Origin: Chthoniobacteraceae bacterium
GTDB taxonomy: Bacteria > Verrucomicrobiota > Verrucomicrobiia > Chthoniobacterales > Chthoniobacteraceae
Direction of reading: 5' to 3'
Assembly: GCA_031409335.1 (NCBI GenBank)
Contig: JANNWY010000170.1
Span: forward strand, 128,001-192,000
DNA length: 64,000 nt
Shown here: piece by piece, positions 29,644 through 39,954 of the stretch
How the letters are laid out: the number at the start of each line of letters is the position of its first letter
How positions within the stretch are numbered: the first letter of the stretch is position 1
Position numbers and translations under genes: made by a program
Notes under the pieces: generated by a model
Told to the model about the DNA's origin: nothing
Seen by the model: the letters and a program-made list of their open reading frames with translations, nothing else
Databases searched by the model: none

Positions 29644-30569
29644 AAACCCCGGTTGTCTTCATCGTTTTCAACAGACCGGAACTAACTCGCCGGTCGTTTC
29701 AGCGCATCCGGGAGTCGCGTCCATCGAAGCTGCTGGTAGCGTGCGATGGAGCCCGACTGGATCGTCCCGAGGAACAAGGCAAGGTGGATGAAGTACGCGC
29801 GATTATCGCCAACGGAGTGGACTGGCCTTGCGAACTGCTCACGAACTATTCGGATCAAAACATGGGCTGCCGAGAGCGGCCGAAATCGGGAATCGACTGG
29901 GCATTTTCACTGGTAGAGGAGGCCATTATTCTCGAAGACGATTGCCTGGCCGATTTGTCCTTTTTCGCGTTTTGCGAAGAAATGCTGGAACGGTTCCGGG
30001 ATGAGGATCGCGTGCTGCATATCAACGGAACAAACTATATCGCTCCCCACATTTGCCCCGCAACTTCCTACTTCTTCAGCAAGTATATTTGGGTGTGGGG
30101 TTGGGCGACGTGGCGCCGCGCCTGGCAGCACTATGATTACACGATGGCGACTTGGGATGACTGTAGCCCGGCATTGAAAGAGAGCTTTGACACAAGCCGG
30201 GAGGAAGCCTTCTGGATGTCAACATTCGAGAAGGCGCGGAGGGACTGGCACGCAGCGCAAGCCTGGGACTTTCCGTGGATTTACTCATGCTGGACCCGCG
30301 GCGGCCTGTCCGTGGTGCCATCGGTCAATCTCGTCGAAAACCTGGGCTTCGGACCGGATGCCACTCACACCATAGATCCATCATCGCACCACCTTCGCGT
30401 GGCCGCTGGAAATTTGCGCGTGCAACGGCATCCCGATCGCCTGCGGCGCAGCCGTCTGCGCGATGACATGATGTTTCGCGCATACGCCGGCGAGCGATTG
30501 AACTCGCTTGGGAATCTTTCAGGCGCCCTCCGCGTCCTGCAACGGCGGCTGGCTGGCGCGCGCGGATGA
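29640..30569 (+). CDS. GT-A fold nucleotide-diphospho-sugar transferase
   Basis: PVVFIVFNRP, ACDGAR, NMGC, IILEDDC, WGWATWRRAW, NLVENLGFG..ATHT; TTG start overlapping the previous stop. Confidence 0.85.
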   Translation: MKTPVVFIVFNRPELTRRSFQRIRESRPSKLLVACDGARLDRPEEQGKVDEVRAIIANGVDWPCELLTNYSDQNMGCRERPKSGIDWAFSLVEEAIILEDDCLADLSFFAFCEEMLERFRDEDRVLHINGTNYIAPHICPATSYFFSKYIWVWGWATWRRAWQHYDYTMATWDDCSPALKESFDTSREEAFWMSTFEKARRDWHAAQAWDFPWIYSCWTRGGLSVVPSVNLVENLGFGPDATHTIDPSSHHLRVAAGNLRVQRHPDRLRRSRLRDDMMFRAYAGERLNSLGNLSGALRVLQRRLAGARG

Positions 30570-31414
30570 TGGCTGCATTTCGGCGTCGTTTGGTTTCGCT
30601 GCGTAACCGATTCCACCATCCCGGAGTGTCGGTGGCCTCTGGCTCAAGCCTCAATCCACAGGCGCAGATCGACCGGGGAGTGGGAATTGGCAGGGATTGC
30701 ACGGTATTGAAAGCACGCCTGCGCGGTTCCTGCCGGGTGGATGACCGGGTGTTGATCTGCGGCAACGCCGCCGTGAATGCTTCCAACTTGGGCTCCGATT
30801 GCCGGATCGAAACCGGCGCTCAAGTTTCCCGCAGCCTTTTGGAGTCCAGCATTGCGGTGCATCAAAATGCCGAGTTATGCGGAGTCAATGTCGGGCGCTT
30901 TTCCTATATCGCGCGAGAAACGGTGCTAAACGAAGTCAATGTCGGAAGGTTTTGTTCGATCGGGCCAAGGTGCTTGATTGGCAGCGGAGATCATCCGGTG
31001 GACTGGGTTTCGACCTCGCCGGTCTTTTACTCGAATATCCAGCAAACCGGGCGCAGTCTTGCGGAAGGATTGCCGGCAAATGCCAGCTTTACGGAACGCC
31101 GCCGGATCGCGATCGGAAACGATGTCTGGATCGGAGCCCACGTTTTTGTGCGCGATGGAGTGAACATCGGAAACGGTGCGATTGTCGCCGCCGGAGCGGT
31201 TGTGACTAAAGACGTGCCACCCTTTGCCTTGGTGGGTGGAGTCCCTGCCCGGAACATCCGCTTCCGCTTTCCGCCGGAGTTGGTAGAGCAACTTCAGTCC
31301 ATCGCATGGTGGGACTGGCCGGAGGACCTTCTACGAGAGGCTCAGCCACTGATTTCCTCGGCGAAAATCGAGCCTTTTCTAGTCTTCGCCCGCGAACGCG
31401 GCAAACGCACATGA
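30566..31414 (+). CDS. Hexapeptide-repeat O-acetyltransferase (CatB/Vat-like) with extended N-terminal LbH
   Basis: VGRFSYI, VGRFCSIG, IGNDVWIG, AAGAVVTKDVPPFALVGGVPAR, WWDWP. Confidence 0.88.
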   Translation: MMAAFRRRLVSLRNRFHHPGVSVASGSSLNPQAQIDRGVGIGRDCTVLKARLRGSCRVDDRVLICGNAAVNASNLGSDCRIETGAQVSRSLLESSIAVHQNAELCGVNVGRFSYIARETVLNEVNVGRFCSIGPRCLIGSGDHPVDWVSTSPVFYSNIQQTGRSLAEGLPANASFTERRRIAIGNDVWIGAHVFVRDGVNIGNGAIVAAGAVVTKDVPPFALVGGVPARNIRFRFPPELVEQLQSIAWWDWPEDLLREAQPLISSAKIEPFLVFARERGKRT

Positions 31415-32349
31415 GCTTGGTTTCGGTCATCATCCCGGTTTATAACGCAACGCGCTTCCTACACGCCGCGATGGAAAGCGTCCTGAACCAGACCTATCGT
31501 GACCTGGAAGTAATCGCGGTCGATGACGGTTCGACCGACCCGTCCGGTGCCATCCTTGCGGCCTGCGCGGCCCGCGACTCCCGCATCCGGGTAATCAGCC
31601 GCCAAAACACCGGAATTGTCGGTGCGCTAAACGACGGCGTGGCTGCGGCACATGGAGACCTCATCGCCCGGATGGATGCCGATGACATCTGCCTCCCTCT
31701 GCGCTTGGAAAAGCAAGTCGCCTATCTGACCGACCATCCGGAATGTGTGGCCGTCGGCACCGATGTCCTTTACACCGATCCGGAGAGCGCGCCTCTGATC
31801 CGGCACTACCCTTCCGTGCATCACGAAGGAATTGTGGAGCAATTGCTGGACGGCAATGGCGGGGCACTCATTCATCCGACGGTCATGGTCCGCCGCCGCT
31901 CCCTTGAAGAAGCGGGTGGCTACCGGGCGCGCTATCAGTGGATCGAAGATCTGGATCTTTACCTGCGGCTTTCCGACCGGGGATGGCTGGCGAACCTTCC
32001 CGAGATTCATCTTCACTACCGCCAGCATCTCCAAAGCGTCAATTACACGCGCCGCGACCGTGACGGGCTGCGGATGGAATTGCTGCACCCGCGCCGTCAG
32101 GCGCTGGGTTTGCCTCCGCTGGCGCCGGGGCCTTTGGAAACGCAAAGATATCGCGCGGCGGACTGGCGTCGCCACTGGGCCTATGATGCCGCGCGCGGCG
32201 GCAACTGGGCTTCCGCCCGCAAGAATGCGCGAAAGGCACTGGCCGCGTCCCCTTTCGACCGGCGGAACTGGCAGTGTGTTCGCTACACGATGACTGCTTC
32301 ATCGAATCTGGGAGATCGAGCCGGGAAGGTGGCGATGACATCCCCGTGA
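31411..32349 (+). CDS. GT2 glycosyltransferase
   Basis: VSVIIPVYN, VDDGSTD, ARMDADD, HPTVM, EDLDLYLR. Confidence 0.92.
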   Translation: MSLVSVIIPVYNATRFLHAAMESVLNQTYRDLEVIAVDDGSTDPSGAILAACAARDSRIRVISRQNTGIVGALNDGVAAAHGDLIARMDADDICLPLRLEKQVAYLTDHPECVAVGTDVLYTDPESAPLIRHYPSVHHEGIVEQLLDGNGGALIHPTVMVRRRSLEEAGGYRARYQWIEDLDLYLRLSDRGWLANLPEIHLHYRQHLQSVNYTRRDRDGLRMELLHPRRQALGLPPLAPGPLETQRYRAADWRRHWAYDAARGGNWASARKNARKALAASPFDRRNWQCVRYTMTASSNLGDRAGKVAMTSP

Positions 32350-33311
32350 ACCCTTTTCGTTCACTCGTGCATAAAGTCATGGAGACTTCGGGCCTGGACC
32401 GCCGGATCGACGCGCACCTAATCAATCGCTGGGTAGAACACCGGCAGCAGCAGACGCATCCGGTGATGGACGCCGAAGCTACAAATTGCTGGCTTGGAGA
32501 AACCATATCCCAGGCCCGTCCGGCGGCCATCGGCAAGCTGGGCTCCAGTGAGTGCTGGGCGCTGACATGGCATTTGTGCTTTCGGCGATTCTACAAATAT
32601 ACGTGGTGTTCCCCGGCCTTCGGTGAACTGGACCTGGCGGAGCAGTCCGGCGTGTTTCCGAAGACGGAGGAGCTGTTCCATCGGTTCGCGGAACTATACT
32701 TGGAGCGGCTTCGCAGTCTGGACGGAAGCGCGGTATGGCAGAACGTCGGCGAGGGTCGCATCCTGCGGAAATATGCTCCTTCGGCGCAGTGGCTGTCGAT
32801 CCAGGGGCTGGAGCCCTATCTTTTTTCACAACCCTGGTCGCAAGCACTGGCTGGCAAACGGATTCTGGTGATCCATCCTTTTGCGGAAAGCATTCGCTCG
32901 CAGTTCAGCCGTCGCGATCTCGTTTGGAGGGATATGCCGAATGTTCTGCCGGAGTGCGAAATAGAGGTCATTCGTGCTCCGTACGGATTTTCAAAAACGG
33001 ATTTTGCGGATTGGTTCGACATGTTGCAATGGCTGGAAACGGAGGTGGACAAAGCATTTGCAAGGGAGCCGTTTCAGGTGGCTTTGATCGGATGCGGAGC
33101 GGCGGGCATTCCGCTGGCGGCGAAGGTGAAGGCGATGGGTGGAATCGGCATCCATCTTGGCGGACCATTGCAACTTCTGTTTGGAATTCGCGGACGGCGC
33201 TGGGAAAAGCTTCCCGGCTTCGACCGCATCTTCAACGAATCCTGGATCCGGCCTGCTTCCGAAGAAACACCGGAAACTGCGAATGTCGTCGATAACGGTG
33301 GATATTGGTAA
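32346..33311 (+). CDS. Hypothetical protein of polysaccharide locus, possible GT-D-like glycosyltransferase
   Basis: In-operon overlapping start; LEPY..PWS..LAGKRILVIHPF and ALIGCG..G.PLA..GIHLGG.LQLLFGIRGRRW. Confidence 0.6.
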   Translation: MNPFRSLVHKVMETSGLDRRIDAHLINRWVEHRQQQTHPVMDAEATNCWLGETISQARPAAIGKLGSSECWALTWHLCFRRFYKYTWCSPAFGELDLAEQSGVFPKTEELFHRFAELYLERLRSLDGSAVWQNVGEGRILRKYAPSAQWLSIQGLEPYLFSQPWSQALAGKRILVIHPFAESIRSQFSRRDLVWRDMPNVLPECEIEVIRAPYGFSKTDFADWFDMLQWLETEVDKAFAREPFQVALIGCGAAGIPLAAKVKAMGGIGIHLGGPLQLLFGIRGRRWEKLPGFDRIFNESWIRPASEETPETANVVDNGGYW

Positions 33312-33323
33312 CCGTGAAACACT

Positions 33324-34286
33324 ATGAAGGACGAGACTAACACAGGCTTTGACAAAACCAGCTATGCCGCCCACGAGTTGCTGTACGACAATGAGAAGGC
33401 GGCGCTTCTCGTTTCGACCTGGACGAAGGACGGGACCGTGGATGCCTGGAGGCACAAACAGATGTACGAATGCCTTGACCCGCTACTCTCGGAGGTTCAG
33501 GGAGCACACTGGCTTACGGTCGGGGATGGCCGCTGCGGGACTGACGCCCACTATTTGGAGCAGCACGGGATGAAAGCCCTGGCCAGCGATATTTCCGACA
33601 CGATGCTAAAGAGCGCGCAAGCCATTGGATTCATCAGCCAGTATAAAAAGGAAAACGCGGAGAAGCTTTCCTTCGAGGACAACACTTTCGACTTTGTCCT
33701 TTGCAAGGAGGCTTATCACCATTTTCCGCGTCCCATAGTGGCCTTGTACGAAATGCTGCGGGTGGCGAGAAAGGGTGTGGTTCTTATCGAGCCGGATGAC
33801 AGCCCGGTGGTCATGGGTGGAAAGCACATCCTGAAAATGATAGTGAAACGGCTCTTGATTCGAGCCGGACTCGGTCATCGTTTTGGAGACCAGCGCACCA
33901 ACATTATCGACTGTGGCAGCAATTGGTATGAAGACGTCGGCAATTTTGGTTATTCCATCTCGCAGCGGGAGATCGAAAAAGTGGCGCTCGGCCTGGACCT
34001 TCCACAAGTCGCGTTCAAGGGAATCAACGATGTCTATGTCGAAGGGGTGGAACACGAGATTCTTTCTCCCGACTCGAAAATGTTCCGGCAGATTCAAGCC
34101 GACATTGGCGAGATGGACCGGAAAGCCAGCCGCGGATTGAACCGGGGACGTTTTAAGCTGCTGGTAGCGATGATATTCAAGCAGTCAGCGGACGACAAAC
34201 TAAGAAACTCCCTCGCCAGGGCGGGCTTTGATTTGCGCGATCTTCCGCGCAATCCCTACGGGGCGTCCGCCAGTCCGGCTCTCTAA
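33324..34286 (+). CDS. Class I SAM-dependent methyltransferase
   Basis: WLTVGDGRCG, ENAEKLSFEDNTFDFVLCKEAYHHFPRP, EMLRVA. Confidence 0.85.
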   Translation: MKDETNTGFDKTSYAAHELLYDNEKAALLVSTWTKDGTVDAWRHKQMYECLDPLLSEVQGAHWLTVGDGRCGTDAHYLEQHGMKALASDISDTMLKSAQAIGFISQYKKENAEKLSFEDNTFDFVLCKEAYHHFPRPIVALYEMLRVARKGVVLIEPDDSPVVMGGKHILKMIVKRLLIRAGLGHRFGDQRTNIIDCGSNWYEDVGNFGYSISQREIEKVALGLDLPQVAFKGINDVYVEGVEHEILSPDSKMFRQIQADIGEMDRKASRGLNRGRFKLLVAMIFKQSADDKLRNSLARAGFDLRDLPRNPYGASASPAL

Positions 34287-34293
34287 AAGTAGC

Positions 34294-35076
34294 ATGTCAT
34301 CCCTTTGTGAAGACGCCGACAAAGTGAGTTTGCCGCTCATTGCCTTGCTCCGAAAATGGCTGATCGGGCGGACGTCGATCGTGGAAATCGAACAGCACTA
34401 TTTAATTGCCTCGGTCTTGTCCGATCAATCCGTGGTCATGGATTTGGGAGCCAATATGGGCAGGTTTTCCGCGCAAGTCCTTGCCCGGTTCGGATGCCAG
34501 GTCTTTGCCGTCGAGCCGGAGCAGGCAAATTACGAAGCTATTCAGGAGCACCCGAAACTGCGCAAATTTCAGGCGGCTGTCGGCGGCAAATGCGGGCGCT
34601 CCGGAATCAGCATTTCTTCGGACTCCACAGGGCATCGTTTGCATGCGCTGGCTGGAACGGAGACGGCCACAGAGCAGGTGGTGACTGTGCATGACTTTCC
34701 ATCGCTAATGGCACTGGGCGACATCCGGCGGATCGACGTGATGAAGCTCGATGTCGAGGGTTCCGAATGGGATTGGCTTGATTCGATGAGCGATGAACAA
34801 CTCAAGTCAGTTGGCCAGTTGACCGTCGAATTTCACGGCTTCCTGCCCGAGTATCGGGAAAGCAACCGGACGTGGGCGAACTATCAAAGGCTGATGGGGC
34901 TTGGATTTCATTGCATCGAAGATCCGAAGTTCGGTTCCTACAATGTCCTTTTTGTGAACCGGCGGATAATGATCAGTCGGCTGGCTGACCGCGTTTTGCT
35001 TCCGGTCCTTGGAAAGTTGCTCGGCATGCAATGGAAACTAAGCAGACTGCAGCAGCGCCTCCTTCCATCGGCCTGA
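34294..35076 (+). CDS. FkbM-family methyltransferase
   Basis: VMDLGANMG, FAVEP, IDVMKLDVEGSE, QLTVEFH. Confidence 0.88.
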   Translation: MSSLCEDADKVSLPLIALLRKWLIGRTSIVEIEQHYLIASVLSDQSVVMDLGANMGRFSAQVLARFGCQVFAVEPEQANYEAIQEHPKLRKFQAAVGGKCGRSGISISSDSTGHRLHALAGTETATEQVVTVHDFPSLMALGDIRRIDVMKLDVEGSEWDWLDSMSDEQLKSVGQLTVEFHGFLPEYRESNRTWANYQRLMGLGFHCIEDPKFGSYNVLFVNRRIMISRLADRVLLPVLGKLLGMQWKLSRLQQRLLPSA

Positions 35077-35085
35077 TCGAAGAGG

Positions 35086-36234
35086 ATGTCATCCGGTTCG
35101 AGACTCGTTTATTTCGGCCATGCGCCGATGGAGGGTGCAGGCAGTGCGATCATTGTTTACCGGCATCTGCAGCGTCTCTCGGCGAAAGGATGGGGCATCA
35201 CTGTCGTATCGGATTGGGGGCAGGAGTTGAAATACTGCGAACAGGAAGGCTGGCCGGTGTTTCATCTGACGCATCGCAAGTCGTGGTGGCCCCCCTACGA
35301 TCCGGCGAACCCATTGCTGCGCGGGATTCGGCACTGGCTGTGGGCGGGCGAGTGCGACCGCTTTCTCAAAGGCGTCCGACCCGACGCGGTGTTCACTTAC
35401 CTTTCCGCCTTCACCAGCTTTATGTCGCAAGTCGCTCTGGCCTACTCCCGCCGTTATCGTCTGCCGCTGTCGCTCATCGCCCACGACGATCCCGCGTGCT
35501 TTGCCCAGTCTCCGGAGACCGGCGTGGAAATGAGACGGACCTACCAGGCGATCGTCGGGCGTGCGCATCGGAACTGGTTTGCCTCCCCGGAACTGGCCGC
35601 GATTTACGATCTGCCAGACTCCCGGCGCACGACCTTGCCGCCCATCCCCGATGGGTTCGAGGCGTCGCCGGATTGGAAGCCCGAGTTCGCCGCATCCCCG
35701 CTGGTGGTTTACGCTGGAAACTACTGGCCGGCACAACTGCCGCTTCTGGCACGAATGGCTCGCGAGACGGCGGCGGCAGGCGGGCGGCTGATGCTTTTGG
35801 TTAAAAAAAGTCCCGAGGTGGAAGCCTTGTGCCGCGAGGAACCGGTGCTTTGGCGCGAACCCTTCCGCGAGAACCGGGAAGCCCTCGCCTTCCTCGCGGA
35901 AAACGCGGCCGGCTTGCTGGTTTCGTACACCGAATCTAGCGATGCGATGCCTTGGATTCGCACCAGCTTTCCCAGCAAACTGATCGAATACACCCATCTG
36001 GGTCTGCCCATCATGATTTATGCCCCTGCAGATAGCGCGGTCGCTGGCTGGGCTAGAAAGCGGGATTTTATGGACTATGCGACGCCGCAAACACCGGGCG
36101 CGGTGGCGGGCTTTGTTGAGTCTCTCAAAAACCGTGAGGCATGGCATTGCAAAGCGGTGTTTTCCCGCAAGTTTGCGACCACGGAGTTTGACCCTGTGCG
36201 GATTCAAGATGCATTTGAAGCTGGGCTGAACTGA
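35086..36234 (+). CDS. GT-B fold (GT4-like) glycosyltransferase
   Basis: VVYAGN and TSFPSKLIEY..GLPI C-terminal GT-B signature. Confidence 0.75.
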   Translation: MSSGSRLVYFGHAPMEGAGSAIIVYRHLQRLSAKGWGITVVSDWGQELKYCEQEGWPVFHLTHRKSWWPPYDPANPLLRGIRHWLWAGECDRFLKGVRPDAVFTYLSAFTSFMSQVALAYSRRYRLPLSLIAHDDPACFAQSPETGVEMRRTYQAIVGRAHRNWFASPELAAIYDLPDSRRTTLPPIPDGFEASPDWKPEFAASPLVVYAGNYWPAQLPLLARMARETAAAGGRLMLLVKKSPEVEALCREEPVLWREPFRENREALAFLAENAAGLLVSYTESSDAMPWIRTSFPSKLIEYTHLGLPIMIYAPADSAVAGWARKRDFMDYATPQTPGAVAGFVESLKNREAWHCKAVFSRKFATTEFDPVRIQDAFEAGLN

Positions 36235-36243
36235 TACGAACCC

Positions 36244-37338
36244 ATGCAACCAATCTCTGATGCTGAAATGCCAGTAGCCATCGTGGGCTGCGGTGCCATC
36301 AGTCGTTTCTTTTATTCCGAAGCTTTCAAGGCGCTGGCCGGGCCTGAAAGGCTTCGGGTAACGGCCCTCGTGGACCCATCCCGCGAGAACCTAAGCCACT
36401 TGGCAAAGGATTTTCCCGAGGCTCGCCGGTTTGCCGCGATCGAGGAGGCTGACATTGGCCGAGAACATCTCGTCATCGTCGCTTCGCCGCCAAAGTTTCA
36501 CGCGGCGCAAAGCATTCTGGCGCTCGGCAAGGGAGCGGCAGTCCTCTGCGAGAAACCGATGGCAGCTTCCATTGAGGATGCGGAAGCGATGGCGCTGGCC
36601 GCGCGGGAAACTAAAGGGATTCTCGCCATCGGCCTCTACCGGCGTTTTTTCCAAGCCACCGAGGCGATCCGCGCGCTGATCCAGCATCAGTCGCTCGGAC
36701 GTTTGCAGAGTTTTCAAATTCGCGAGGGCGGGCCTTTCGGCTGGCAGGCAGCCTCGGAATCGTTTTTTCGCCGCTCTGCGACGCCGGGCGGCGTGCTGTA
36801 TGACACCGGGGTTCACACGCTCGACCTAATCCTTTGGTGGCTGGGTGAGCCAGTCGATCTAATTTATGAAGACGACGCGATGGGAGGACTGGAGTCAAAT
36901 TGCCGGATTGAACTTACGTACGCAAACCAATGTAAGGGTGAAGTGCGCCTGAGCCGGGACTGGAAGACGGATAACCGCTACACCTTTTTCTTTGAGCACG
37001 GTTTTGCGCGGTGGACGGTCAATGACGCCAACCATCTCGAAGTGTTCATGGAAGGACTGCCGGTTTCCATGCGCGGTGAGTTAATCCATGTCTCGCAAAA
37101 GGGTGAGCGGGTCATCGAGCGAGGCATCGCATGCACGAACCCGCAATGCTTTATCGAGCAGGTGCGAAACGCAGCTGCGGCAAAGCGCGGGCTGGATAGT
37201 CTTAAGATTCCAGCCGCGGAAGGGATTCGTTCGCTGAGGCTGATCGAGCGGTGCTACCGAAATCGCCAGTTGCTCAAGATGCCATGGATGACTGCCGATC
37301 AGGAGATTGAAGCCCGGCGTCTGGCTGTCGCGGTATGA
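36244..37338 (+). CDS. Gfo/Idh/MocA-family oxidoreductase
   Basis: AIVGCGAI, ASPP..H, VLCEKPMA, GGVLYDTGVHTLD. Confidence 0.92.
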   Translation: MQPISDAEMPVAIVGCGAISRFFYSEAFKALAGPERLRVTALVDPSRENLSHLAKDFPEARRFAAIEEADIGREHLVIVASPPKFHAAQSILALGKGAAVLCEKPMAASIEDAEAMALAARETKGILAIGLYRRFFQATEAIRALIQHQSLGRLQSFQIREGGPFGWQAASESFFRRSATPGGVLYDTGVHTLDLILWWLGEPVDLIYEDDAMGGLESNCRIELTYANQCKGEVRLSRDWKTDNRYTFFFEHGFARWTVNDANHLEVFMEGLPVSMRGELIHVSQKGERVIERGIACTNPQCFIEQVRNAAAAKRGLDSLKIPAAEGIRSLRLIERCYRNRQLLKMPWMTADQEIEARRLAVAV

Positions 37339-38423
37339 AAGTCGCGGTTGTCGGCGCCAGCGGATTCGTCGGAACACGCCTGGTGGAGCACCTTGTCCTC
37401 GGGCGCGTCGCGGAAGTCGTTCCGGTGGTCCGCTCGTTTTCGAGTCTCGCCGTTGTCGCGCGCTTTGAACTGCCTTGGAAAGTCTGCGATGTGATGGACC
37501 CCATCAGTCTCGCGACCGCGTTTGCCGGATGCGATGCGGTGGTTCACGCGGCACTGGGTGATCCGGGACAGATTGTGAAGATGGCCGGATCGGTGTACAC
37601 CGCAGCGGAGAAAGCCGGAGTGAAGCGGTTGGTGGCGCTGAGCAGTGCCGCGGTTCATGGATTGAATCCACCGCCCGGAACGGATGAGCGGACGCCGATT
37701 CACGGCCGCCAGTCGATGGACTATAATAATGCCAAAGTCCGGGCCGAGCAGGTGCTCCGCAAATCACGGGAGCTAGGGAAGGTCGAGTTAGTCTTGCTCC
37801 GTCCCAGCATCGTCTATGGCGCGCGCTCCCGCCTTTTCCCGAGTGTGGTGGAAAAGCTGATCTCAGGTACGGCCTTCCTAATCAATGATGGGCAGGGTAT
37901 CTGCAACGGGATCTATGTGGACAACCTGATCGAAGCTATCTGCCTGGCACTGTTCTGCGACAAAGCGGACGGAGAGGCATTCTTGGTTGGCGACGCCGAC
38001 ACGGTGGCCTGGCGCGAAATCTATGCCTGCCTGGCAGATGCACTGGGTATCCGCTTGGATAGTGTCCACCGCGTGATAGCTCCGACCTTTCGGAAATCAT
38101 TCAAGGAGCGTGTGGAAAGCTTCGTAGCCACACCTTTGGCCCAGTCAATACTGCCCGCCATCCCGGGCGAGGCCAAGCGGCTAACAAAAGTAGTTCTCGG
38201 CGCACTCAAGCGACCCATGCCCCCCAATGCATGGACGCTACCCGAGCCACCCGCCGCGCAAATCGACGAAGAAATGACCGCGCTTCAGCAGTGCGTTTGG
38301 AAATACCCGAATGAAAAAGCGGTGAAGTTGATGGGGTTCCAACCACCGGTTTCGTTCCAAGAAGGAATGCGCCGAACAATCGCGTGGATGGAGTTCGCAG
38401 GCTACCCGCTGAACCACCGATGA
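37335..38423 (+). CDS. NAD-dependent epimerase/dehydratase
   Basis: VVGASGFVG, SSAAVHG, YxxxK (YNNAK), LRPSIVYG. Confidence 0.92.
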   Translation: MKVAVVGASGFVGTRLVEHLVLGRVAEVVPVVRSFSSLAVVARFELPWKVCDVMDPISLATAFAGCDAVVHAALGDPGQIVKMAGSVYTAAEKAGVKRLVALSSAAVHGLNPPPGTDERTPIHGRQSMDYNNAKVRAEQVLRKSRELGKVELVLLRPSIVYGARSRLFPSVVEKLISGTAFLINDGQGICNGIYVDNLIEAICLALFCDKADGEAFLVGDADTVAWREIYACLADALGIRLDSVHRVIAPTFRKSFKERVESFVATPLAQSILPAIPGEAKRLTKVVLGALKRPMPPNAWTLPEPPAAQIDEEMTALQQCVWKYPNEKAVKLMGFQPPVSFQEGMRRTIAWMEFAGYPLNHR

Positions 38424-38436
38424 AAGGTACTGTTCC

Positions 38437-39948
38437 GTGCTGTTCAATTCCCACATCTTCCTTTTTGCATTCCTTCCAGTTGTCTTCACTGGATTTTGGC
38501 TGCTCACCGGCAAGGCCGACGGTACTTGGGCGCGGCGCTGGATACTAGCAGCATCACTCTTCTTTTTTGCTTGGTGGCACCCACCAGATCTTTTAGTCTT
38601 GGGCTGTTCGCTCGTTGGCAACTTCCTCATTAGTCGGCTCATCTTCGCCCGATCTCCGCGTTCAGCGCACTGGCTGCTTGCCTTGGGAGTTGCGGGCAAT
38701 CTTTCTCTCCTTGGTTACTTTAAGTACACAACGCTGGTTGTTGCCACGGCACATTGGCTGGCCGGGGGCTCCTTTTCCGTTGGCGACATCGTGCTGCCTC
38801 TCGCAATTTCGTTTTTTACGTTCAATCAGATTGCCTACCTCGTGGATTGCCACCGCGGCGAGGGTGCCAGCTACAGCTTTGATGACTACTGTCTATTCAT
38901 CACCTTTTTCCCGCATCTGATCGCCGGTCCCATCGTCCATCATCGCGAGATGATGCCGCAGCTTACAGCCACCCGGAGATTCGATGCGATGATGGTCGCG
39001 CAAGGCGCAACGCTGTTCGTCCTCGGACTCGGCAAGAAGGTGCTGCTCCCAGATACGGTGGCCAGGTATGCCACGCCTGTATTCCTACAGGCGAACCTTG
39101 GCAACGCGCCTACGCTGCTCGATGCCTGGCTCGGCGCACTCGCTTACACTTCCCAACTCTATTTCGATTTTTCCGGATACTCGGATATGGCGATCGGCCT
39201 CGGAATGATGTTCGGCATTGTCTTCCCGGTGAACTTTGCCTCGCCCTACCGCGCCACAACCATTGCCGACTTCTGGCGGCGCTGGCATATTACGCTATCG
39301 CGCTTCTTGCGTGAATATCTATACATTCCACTTGGTGGAAATCGCAGCGGTCCCACACGCACGTCGATCAATCTGATGACCACGATGCTTCTCGGCGGCC
39401 TCTGGCACGGAGCCGGATGGACGTTTGTCGCATGGGGCGGCCTGCACGGTTGCTATCTGCTGATCCACCAGCGATTCAGCGCAGCGATCATCGGCACGCG
39501 TCTCGCGGCGGCTTTGACTCGCGGACCTGGATTGGTTGCCTGCTGGGCAATCACATTCATCGGGGTAGTCTTCGGCTGGGTGCTTTTTCGCGCGGATACC
39601 TTCACGTCCGCGATGAGTCTGTGGAAAGGTATGGTCGGAATGAATGGCATCGCGCTCCCCGAACGCCACGTTGCGGCGCTGGCGCGGGTTGGGCTTGAGT
39701 TCTCTGCCCGCCCTCTCATTCTCAATCCGAGCGTGGAAGTGCTTGCTTGGATTCTTGGGCTTGTTGCCATCGCTGCGCTGCTGCCAAACTCCCAACAACT
39801 CGTGCGGCATGCACCACCGATGCCGACATGGGCGCGTTGGGCGGAGTGGCGTCCGTCTCTGCCATGGGCGCTCGGCACATCCTGCATCGCCATCACCGTG
39901 GTGCTTCATCTCACGCAGGTTAGCGAGTTTCTCTATTTCAAATTCTAA
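38437..39948 (+). CDS. MBOAT polysaccharide O-acyltransferase (AlgI/PatA-like)
   Basis: LPLAISFFTF, FFPHLIAGPI, QLYFDFSGYSDMAIG, FWRRWHITLSRFLREYLYIPLGG, GLWHGAGWTF, FLYFKF. Confidence 0.93.
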   Translation: MLFNSHIFLFAFLPVVFTGFWLLTGKADGTWARRWILAASLFFFAWWHPPDLLVLGCSLVGNFLISRLIFARSPRSAHWLLALGVAGNLSLLGYFKYTTLVVATAHWLAGGSFSVGDIVLPLAISFFTFNQIAYLVDCHRGEGASYSFDDYCLFITFFPHLIAGPIVHHREMMPQLTATRRFDAMMVAQGATLFVLGLGKKVLLPDTVARYATPVFLQANLGNAPTLLDAWLGALAYTSQLYFDFSGYSDMAIGLGMMFGIVFPVNFASPYRATTIADFWRRWHITLSRFLREYLYIPLGGNRSGPTRTSINLMTTMLLGGLWHGAGWTFVAWGGLHGCYLLIHQRFSAAIIGTRLAAALTRGPGLVACWAITFIGVVFGWVLFRADTFTSAMSLWKGMVGMNGIALPERHVAALARVGLEFSARPLILNPSVEVLAWILGLVAIAALLPNSQQLVRHAPPMPTWARWAEWRPSLPWALGTSCIAITVVLHLTQVSEFLYFKF

Positions 39949-39954
39949 AATTCG

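Noticed and set aside
30566..31414. CatB/Vat-like antibiotic resistance gene
   Set aside because: Overlaps glycosyltransferase genes on both sides within a glycan operon and has extra hexapeptide repeats; sugar O-acetylation is more likely.
35089..36249. 386-aa minus-strand ORF opposite a glycosyltransferase
   Set aside because: Antisense shadow within a uniformly plus-strand operon.
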